A program made the position numbers and the translations under genes. DNA of 64,000 nt from positions 1,344,001 to 1,408,000 of the forward strand of contig CBDCXL010000002.1 in assembly GCA_965223795.1 (NCBI GenBank), given 5' to 3'. The stretch's first letter is position 1. Each line of letters starts with the position of its first letter. The notes beneath the pieces were generated by a model. That model was not told the DNA's origin and did no database searches. It saw only the letters and a program-made list of their open reading frames with translations. The DNA comes from Nitrospinales bacterium. Lineage in GTDB: Bacteria; Nitrospinota; Nitrospinia; Nitrospinales; VA-1. Positions 57,555 through 64,000 of the stretch are shown one piece after another.

Positions 57555-58718
57555 ATGAAAAATACCTGCCTCAACCCGCTCACAGTGCAGACCCGCAGAA
57601 AATGGATCGGCCGGGTCTTCCTGATTGTTTTCCTGTCGGCCGCCGCGAACGCGAATTGTTCGGGGCTGAACAAGACGAACATCGACGAACTCAATCTGTC
57701 GATTCCTCCGGATATCGCTCTGTCGCTGTTTGCCGAGAACCTCCCCGCGGCGCGGCACATGGCGTTCGACGACCAGGGGATTCTGTTTCTCAGCCAGCAC
57801 CGCGCCGGCCGCGTGACGGCGCTGCCCGATACCGACAAGGACGGCCGCGCCGACAAGGCGGTGACGATCCTGGAAAACCGCGAGACGCCGCACGGCCTGG
57901 CGTTCGTGAAGCTCGACTCGGGCTATTACCTGTACGTGGCCGAGGAGACCCAGGTGGTGCGGCTGAAGCGCACGGCGAAACCCTACCAATACGGCGAACC
58001 GGAGGTGATCGTTTCCGGCATTCCCGGCGGCGGCCACTCCACCCGCACGATCAAGATCAAGGACGGCAAGCTCTACCTTTCGGTGGGCTCGTCCTGCAAT
58101 GTCTGCCTGGAGAAGCACCGCTACCGATCGGCCATCATCCGCTTCGACCTGGACGGGTCGAACGAGCTGGTGTTCGCGGAAGGGCTGCGCAATTCGGTGG
58201 GCATCGAGTTCTCTCCCTACAGCGGCGAGCTGTGGGGTGTGAACAACGGCCGCGACCGGCTGGGCGACGACACGCCGCGCGAGGAACTCAACATCATCCT
58301 GGAAGGCAAGCACTACGGCTGGCCGTATTGCTACGAGGACAGGGTGTTCGACACGGATTTCAACAAGCCGTTCGACTGCTCGAAAACCGTTCCGCCCGCG
58401 CACACGTTCACGGCGCACATGGCGCCGCTGGGACTGGCTTTCTACCAGAAGGGAACGCTGCCGGACAAGTACAACAACAGCGTGTTCGTTTCCTTTCACG
58501 GTTCCTGGAACCGCTCGGTGCCCGCGGGTTACAAGGTGATGCGCCTGCTGCTCAATGATAAGGGCGAGATCCAGTCGGACGAGGACTTCATCACCGGCTG
58601 GCTGAAAGAGGCCGGCAGAAAGGTGGGCCGCCCGGTGGATATGGAACAGTCTCCGGAAGGCGACCTCTATCTTTCCGACGACATGCTGGGCGTGGTCTAC
58701 CGCATTACCGGCAAGTGA
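57555..58718 (+). CDS. PQQ-dependent sugar/sorbosone dehydrogenase-family beta-propeller protein, exported
   Basis: SVGSSCNVC, GLRNSVG, YGWPYCY, HMAPLGLAF, HGSWNR and GRPVD. Confidence 0.88.
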   Translation: MKNTCLNPLTVQTRRKWIGRVFLIVFLSAAANANCSGLNKTNIDELNLSIPPDIALSLFAENLPAARHMAFDDQGILFLSQHRAGRVTALPDTDKDGRADKAVTILENRETPHGLAFVKLDSGYYLYVAEETQVVRLKRTAKPYQYGEPEVIVSGIPGGGHSTRTIKIKDGKLYLSVGSSCNVCLEKHRYRSAIIRFDLDGSNELVFAEGLRNSVGIEFSPYSGELWGVNNGRDRLGDDTPREELNIILEGKHYGWPYCYEDRVFDTDFNKPFDCSKTVPPAHTFTAHMAPLGLAFYQKGTLPDKYNNSVFVSFHGSWNRSVPAGYKVMRLLLNDKGEIQSDEDFITGWLKEAGRKVGRPVDMEQSPEGDLYLSDDMLGVVYRITGK

Positions 58719-58719
58719 G

Positions 58720-59604
58720 TCAGGTGAGTTTTTTTTCCGGCCTGGGTTTTTCGCGGAACAGGGGACGGCGGTCCTTGGCGCAGCGAAATCCGACGTCCTT
58801 TTTCCGGGCCAGGGGAAACAGCTTTTCGCGGAAGCCGGCGCGCGCTTTGAGGGCGAGGACCCTTTTGTAATCCTTGCCTCTGAAATGCCCGACGCTGAGG
58901 TAGGACAGGCCGCGCACCACGATGAATTTTTTTTCGTAATCCTCGGACTGGTGGGCGCTGCCTTCATAGGGGCGGTAGTAATCCCACACCCATTCCCAGA
59001 CGTTCCCGATCATGTCGTGCACGCCGTAGTGGCTTTGTCCCTGGGGGAAGCTGCCCACCGGCTTGAGGCCGTGGCCGGTTTTCTTTTTCGCGGACGGGCT
59101 GAGGTTCGCCGCATCGGCGCGGAATTCGTTGCCCCAGGGATAGCGGTTGCCGAGCGGACCGCGGGCGGCTTTTTCCCATTCCGCTTCGGTGGGCAGCCGT
59201 TTTCCCGCCCATTCGGCGTAATGGCTAGCGTCGAAATAACTCACATAGGAGACCGGCAGGTCGCCCTGCCCTTCGGGATATTTCGGGCTGCCCCAGATCG
59301 CCGGGGTGCGGTGGCTGGTGGCCTGGCAGAAGATGTAATACTGGTGGTTGGTCACTTCATACCGGTCGATGAAAAACCCCCGCACCGGCACCCGGCTTTC
59401 GGGGGTTTCGTCGGCGAACCAGGGTTTGGTGAGGCCGACGCTTAAGGCGTGCTGTTTCTTGTCCACCAGATCGGTGCCCATGGTGAACTCGCCGCCGGGG
59501 ATGAGCACCATGCCTTCGGGCACGGGCTCGTACAGGCAGCCGCCGCACAGCAAAAGCGCCGCGATCCCAATCCATTTTGATAATTTTTGAATGCGAAAAA
59601 CCAT
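58720..59604 (-). CDS. FGE-sulfatase (SUMF1/EgtB/PvdO-like) domain lipoprotein
   Basis: MVLIPGGEFTMG, EVTN, RLPTEAEWEKAARG, GNVWEW and GFRC; lipobox-like CGGC. Confidence 0.85.
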   Translation of the reverse strand: MVFRIQKLSKWIGIAALLLCGGCLYEPVPEGMVLIPGGEFTMGTDLVDKKQHALSVGLTKPWFADETPESRVPVRGFFIDRYEVTNHQYYIFCQATSHRTPAIWGSPKYPEGQGDLPVSYVSYFDASHYAEWAGKRLPTEAEWEKAARGPLGNRYPWGNEFRADAANLSPSAKKKTGHGLKPVGSFPQGQSHYGVHDMIGNVWEWVWDYYRPYEGSAHQSEDYEKKFIVVRGLSYLSVGHFRGKDYKRVLALKARAGFREKLFPLARKKDVGFRCAKDRRPLFREKPRPEKKLT

Positions 59605-60592
59605 GATGGAACCTTTTTCGACTCAATGCATCGACGTGCCGCTCGCGTCGCTCGACCGCGAAGACACGCTCACCGATTTCGCCCTCTCCCCGGTTGCCGC
59701 TGCGCTTGAGGACTCGATCCGCACAAGCGGGATCGTGCATCCGGTGCTGCTCGCCGCTCAGGACGGCGGCCGCCGCATCGTCTGCGGCCACCGTCGCATC
59801 CGCTGCGCCCGGGCTCTCGATCTTGAGACGCTGCCCGCCCGGGTGATCGAGCGCGCGCTCGATGACCGGGAACGGCTGCGGCTCAACCTGTCGGAAAACC
59901 GCGCCCATCGCGTCTACAGCGATGTGGAAAAGGGCGGCATCATCGCGAAACTCACCGGCGCGGGCGTCGCGCCGGATGCGGTCATCTCGGAGTATATGCC
60001 CTGGATCGACCTGCCGCGAAATAAAAAATCATTCGGGCAACTGATTCGGATGCAGGAACTCGCACCCAGGCTGCGCCTGCTGCTGCACGAACTCAACGTG
60101 CCGCTGCGGGTGTTCGCCCCGCTTCTGCTGTGGGACGCGGCCGACCGGGACGCGGCGTTCACGGTGTTTTCCACGCTCCGGCCGGGGGCGAGCAAGTGGC
60201 GCGATCTGCTGGAACGGGTGGATGAGATCGCGGTGAAAACGGACCGGCCGCCCCATGCGGTGCTGAACGATGCGGCGGTGCGGACGGTGCTGGAGCAGGA
60301 CGGCATCACCGCGCACGAAAAATACGCGCGCATCGCGCAGACGCTTTCCGAGCAGCGCTACCCGCATTGGAGCGGGCTGCGGCTCAAGCTGGCGCAGGCG
60401 ATGGATCGGCTCCAACTGGAACCGGAAACGAAACTCAGCGTGCAGGACTCGTTCGAGTCGGACGCCATGCGCATCGAGATCCGGTTCTCCAACGCCGAAT
60501 CGCTTGAGCGTCAGGCGGCGGCGCTCACGCGGGCGTCGCGGTCGGAGGCGATGGCGGCGCTGATCGGGATCTTCAAGAACCTGGACGGTTGA
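59603..60592 (+). CDS. ParB/Srx N-terminal domain protein (no adjacent parA)
   Basis: LEDSIRTSGIVHPVLL, IVCGHRR arginine patch and LSEN. Start uncertain (59591, 59603 or 59606). Confidence 0.78.
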   Translation: MMEPFSTQCIDVPLASLDREDTLTDFALSPVAAALEDSIRTSGIVHPVLLAAQDGGRRIVCGHRRIRCARALDLETLPARVIERALDDRERLRLNLSENRAHRVYSDVEKGGIIAKLTGAGVAPDAVISEYMPWIDLPRNKKSFGQLIRMQELAPRLRLLLHELNVPLRVFAPLLLWDAADRDAAFTVFSTLRPGASKWRDLLERVDEIAVKTDRPPHAVLNDAAVRTVLEQDGITAHEKYARIAQTLSEQRYPHWSGLRLKLAQAMDRLQLEPETKLSVQDSFESDAMRIEIRFSNAESLERQAAALTRASRSEAMAALIGIFKNLDG

Positions 60593-60698
60593 AAGAGACA
60601 ATACGAGACTGGATAAATACAAAAGCGACCTCGCGCCAAGACGCGAAGACGCAAAGAAAGAAAAGGCAGACAAGATGACAGGATAAAAAAGCGGCTAC

Positions 60699-61013
60699 TT
60701 ACTCGTTTGTTTTATGACTTGGCTGTCTCTTACAGACAACAAGAGGGATGTACAAGGTTCTTATCAACCAAAATATTGGCAGGATTAAAACAGCAATGAT
60801 TCCAAACTCCCAGGACTTGGTGAGTATCGCCCAAATTCCGAGAAATGACGCAAGGTTGATTAAGACTAAATTTAGCAGGAAGTCCCAACCGTTGTGGTAT
60901 CTCAACTTCATGTTACAGCGTGGGCAGAAAAGTGGATTGAGCCAGCCTGCTTTGGATTTTTTGTCGAAACGAATGCTTTTTTCCCCACAATGAGGGCAAT
61001 TAAAATATCTCAT
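60699..61013 (-). CDS. Small AT-rich hypothetical membrane protein with a Cys4 zinc ribbon
   Basis: CPHC...CPRC followed by two hydrophobic helices; composition differs from the flanks. Confidence 0.6.
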   Translation of the reverse strand: MRYFNCPHCGEKSIRFDKKSKAGWLNPLFCPRCNMKLRYHNGWDFLLNLVLINLASFLGIWAILTKSWEFGIIAVLILPIFWLIRTLYIPLVVCKRQPSHKTNE

Positions 61014-61020
61014 TCATTTT

Positions 61021-62244
61021 CTACTTCCTGGGGATCTTGATCTTGGCGTAATCCTCGGGCGTGCGGCCGTGGCGTTTGTACATCGGCTGCAGGGCGCGGA
61101 TGGTCTGGGCGAACCAGTCGTCCTGGCCTTTTTCGACGAAGAACTGCTTGGCGATGGTGAGGTGCTGGATGGCGTAACCGCCTTCGTTGTTCTGGTCGAG
61201 CGCCAGACCGAGCCAGTAGTGGGCCATGGCGTGTTCGGGGTTCATGTCCACGGCCTCCTGCAGCGCCTCGATCTCGGTCTCGAGGTTCTTGGCTTCGCGG
61301 TGTTGTTTGGCGGCCTGGTACTGGGCCTCGGCGAGGTGGTCGCGCACCTTTTCGTTGTTGGGGGTGATCTTGACCGCTTTCTGCAACGGCGGGACGGCCT
61401 CGACGAAGCGCTTGAGCTTCATCAGGGAAACGCCGAGCTTGAAGTTGGCCTCGCGCGCCATGCCGGGGCTGGCCTTGAGCGCGGCGCCGAGAAACTTCGC
61501 CGCCTCTTCGTGCTTGCCGAGCCGCGCGTACAGCATGCCGAGGTTGAGGTTGGGCAGGGCCGACTTCGGGTTGACGCGGATGGCGTCCATGTAGTGCTTG
61601 ATGGCCTTGCCGGTTTCGCCGAGCTTGGTGTACACGATGCCGAAATTGAAATTGGCGTCCACGACGAGGTTCTTGTCGAGCCGCAGGGCTTCCTTGAATT
61701 TTTCCAGCGCCTCGTCGTAGCGCCCGAGCTCGGTGTAGCAGATGCCCAGCGACAGGTGCGCCGGTCCGTAATCGGGCAGGATCTTCACCGCCTCCTGAAA
61801 ATGGTGCATGGACTCTTTCTGCTGTTTGCGTTTGCCGTACAGGATGGACAGGTTGGTGTGCGCCTGCGCCAGACGTTTCTTGACGGCGGGACTTTTCGGG
61901 TCGAGTTCCAGCGCCTGCTGCAGAAATTCCAGCGCTTCGTCGTCCCGACCCAGCTCCACCAGCGCCTTGCCGAGCTGGTAGTGGGCGCTCTTGTGTTTGG
62001 CGTTGATGCGCACCGCTTCTTTCAGCGGCGACACGGCGTCGGCGAACCGGTTGAGCTCGATGTACACTTCTCCCAGATTGTACTGGCCCATGCCGTCCTG
62101 GGGATTGGCGCGCACGGCTTCCTTGTATTTTTCCAGCAGGGCCTTGAGTTCTTCGGGCGGGCGTTTCGGACGTTGTTTTGAGGCGGTTTTAGCGGCTTTT
62201 TTGGGAAACAGCCCGTTGATGAGATTTTTGAGCGCTGTCAGCAA
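61021..62244 (-). CDS. Tetratricopeptide repeat protein
   Basis: Many ~34-aa TPR units (YNLG...A...P periodicity); TTG start with GGAAAGG upstream. Confidence 0.88.
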   Translation of the reverse strand: MLTALKNLINGLFPKKAAKTASKQRPKRPPEELKALLEKYKEAVRANPQDGMGQYNLGEVYIELNRFADAVSPLKEAVRINAKHKSAHYQLGKALVELGRDDEALEFLQQALELDPKSPAVKKRLAQAHTNLSILYGKRKQQKESMHHFQEAVKILPDYGPAHLSLGICYTELGRYDEALEKFKEALRLDKNLVVDANFNFGIVYTKLGETGKAIKHYMDAIRVNPKSALPNLNLGMLYARLGKHEEAAKFLGAALKASPGMAREANFKLGVSLMKLKRFVEAVPPLQKAVKITPNNEKVRDHLAEAQYQAAKQHREAKNLETEIEALQEAVDMNPEHAMAHYWLGLALDQNNEGGYAIQHLTIAKQFFVEKGQDDWFAQTIRALQPMYKRHGRTPEDYAKIKIPRK

Positions 62245-62326
62245 TCCCTTTCCTCCGCTTCTTTAGGGTCTTTTCCCGTCCCACGATCTGTGCGACACTG
62301 AAATCAGGCGGGCGCGTGCAAACGGC

Positions 62327-62342
62327 TGGCACCTTTTTAGCG
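62327..62342 (+). promoter_or_regulatory. Possible sigma54 promoter for the cupin-methyltransferase gene
   Basis: TGGCAC-CTTTT-TAGCG with correct GG/GC spacing and an imperfect -12. Confidence 0.35.
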
Positions 62343-62526
62343 GGTTGACCGGTTAAAATCAACCCCGCCTGAGACGTGCCGCAAAAATTTTTAACGCCGC
62401 GGTCCCCTTGCGTTCCCGGCAACGCATATAAAAAAACCGGCATTGCCCATCTTCCGCCTGCGGCCCGCCTTCCCGGACCGCCCGAATTTCCACGAACCGA
62501 CTGCAATGCAAGAAAGGAGCGACACC

Positions 62527-64000
62527 GTGGTTTCCACCGCAACGGTCAAAGACAAGGCGCTGCTTCCGGAATCGATCCAGCGCCTGATCGCGTCGATCGA
62601 ATCGGAACAGGACATGACGCCCTACCGCGCGCGCGAACTGCTGCTGGAGGCGCAGTTGAAAATGGAGGATCTGGAGGCCTGGGCGGATTACGATCACCCG
62701 GCGGCGGACAGCTACGGCCGCAGGCTGGTCTACGACGGCGGCTATTTCGAGATGATGGTGATGTCGTGGCTGCCGGGAGACTGCTCGGGCATCCACGACC
62801 ACGGCCACACGCAATGGGGCGCGGTGCAGGTGTTCGGCCCCGCTGAGCACGCGGTGTTCTTGATGCAGGACGGCGCCATCAGCACACTGTCGCGCAACAA
62901 GGTGAAGGCGGGGCAGGTGCTGGCGGTCGGGCACCAGCTGGTGCACCAGATGCAGAACCCGACCAACATCAAATTCCTCACCTTTCACCTTTACGGCACA
63001 CCCGAACCGGCGCGGCCGATCACCGGGGGCGCGCGCGTCTTCGTGATCGAGAGCAACGAGATCCAGCGCACGGACGGCGGCGTGTTCTACGCGCTGCCGG
63101 AGGAACAGATCACCGCGAAGGAGCCGGGCCCGCGCCCGGACTACATGACCTGGCTGCGCGACCTGGTGGAGCTGTTGAAGCGGCTGCACCGCACGCAGAG
63201 CGCCGGGCCGCTGCCGGGCAACTGGGAGACGCGGCAGAAGGAACTGCAGCAGAAACTGTTCGACGTGAAAAACTGGGACTGGTTCGTGCGCGACCTGATG
63301 TACAACGTGGACGAGGAAACCGGTTTCGTGCTCGACGCGGCGGTGTACAACCTGTTGCGCAAGGAACTGACCGAAGCGGCGGAGGTGCAGAAGCACATCC
63401 TGTTTCTGCACCAGGAGACGGAGGACCCGTTTTTCACCTACGCGGAACTGTACGACGACGTGGTGGGGCTGCCCTGCCTGTATGAATTCATCGCGCCCTA
63501 TCTCAAGTTCGTGATCGGCAAGTACAATCTCGACCTCGAAAACGACCGCCTGCTGTCCATCGGCTGCGGCACCGGGGTGGTGGAGGATTATCTCATCCGC
63601 GAATGCGGCATGAAGAAGGATAACCTGCTCGGCATCGACAAGTCCGAAGCGATGATCCAGGTGGCCTCGCGGCGCATCCAGGCCGAGGTCAAGGACCTGC
63701 TCGCATTGTCCGGCCAGTCGTGGGACCTTTCTTTCAGCGGCCTCAACGTGTTTCAGTACCTGGCCCCGGAGCAGCTGGAACAGGCTATCGAGGTGACGGC
63801 GCAGATCACCCGGCCGGGCGGCTACTTCTTCGGCGACTTCATCACGCCCGACCACATCCGCATCTACCCGCACGTGATCCGCTCGCAGAGCGATTCGGTC
63901 ATATCGCTGCGGCAGCCGTTGCTCATCGAGCGCGGCAACAGCACCTACCAGCAAAGCGAGATCATCAACGTCAACCGGCAGTCGGGCAAACTGCTCGTCA
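62527..64000 (+). CDS. Cysteine dioxygenase-like cupin fused to a class I SAM methyltransferase (3' partial)
   Basis: Translated by hand from GTG 62527 (AAGGAG RBS) and open to the window end. Motifs: YGR, SWLPG.CSGIHDH, VHQM, HLYG, then LLSIGCGTG, GIDKSEAM and TRPGG. Confidence 0.88.
   Translation, partial: MVSTATVKDKALLPESIQRLIASIESEQDMTPYRARELLLEAQLKMEDLEAWADYDHPAADSYGRRLVYDGGYFEMMVMSWLPGDCSGIHDHGHTQWGAVQVFGPAEHAVFLMQDGAISTLSRNKVKAGQVLAVGHQLVHQMQNPTNIKFLTFHLYGTPEPARPITGGARVFVIESNEIQRTDGGVFYALPEEQITAKEPGPRPDYMTWLRDLVELLKRLHRTQSAGPLPGNWETRQKELQQKLFDVKNWDWFVRDLMYNVDEETGFVLDAAVYNLLRKELTEAAEVQKHILFLHQETEDPFFTYAELYDDVVGLPCLYEFIAPYLKFVIGKYNLDLENDRLLSIGCGTGVVEDYLIRECGMKKDNLLGIDKSEAMIQVASRRIQAEVKDLLALSGQSWDLSFSGLNVFQYLAPEQLEQAIEVTAQITRPGGYFFGDFITPDHIRIYPHVIRSQSDSVISLRQPLLIERGNSTYQQSEIINVNRQSGKLLV

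Noticed and set aside
62359..63954. 531-aa minus-strand ORF
   Set aside because: Antisense shadow of the plus-strand cupin-methyltransferase gene, which has an RBS and clear motifs.
58720..64000. Ergothioneine or ovothiol cluster (FGE domain plus methyltransferase)
   Set aside because: The FGE protein lacks a DinB-like metal domain, looks exported, and is not co-oriented with the methyltransferase.

Overview
GC-rich Gram-negative bacterial chromosome segment, mostly core genes. Gene order and protein style suggest Nitrospinota or a related deltaproteobacteria-like lineage (inference, unconfirmed). Contents: clpX-lon; squalene-hopene cyclase; rplM-rpsI-argC-argJ; def-fmt; UDP-glucuronate decarboxylase, radC, gmhA-hldE and hldD; a DUF898/M48 pair; a sigma54 activator and sigma54 promoter ahead of DUF4912 plus a GH57 branching enzyme; apgM-like-lysC-cimA; two orphan histidine kinases; glnB-glnA-phzF-glnE; bamA-skp-fabZ-lpxA-gnnA-like-lpxI-lpxB-DUF374; clpC; metH; and an accessory-looking end. 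No rRNA, tRNA, CRISPR array or transposase was seen. The most interesting items are: (1) a ~100-bp structured repeat family at four loci, always just after a stop codon, with a covarying hairpin, where one copy carries a 22-bp piece of lon; (2) a cysteine dioxygenase-like cupin fused to a SAM methyltransferase, absent from the ORF track and running off the window end; (3) an ApgM homolog lacking most catalytic residues; (4) a sigma54-linked glycogen module with a histone-like PAKK protein; (5) a MITE-like element with TIRs and a TSD enclosing a REP-like hairpin.
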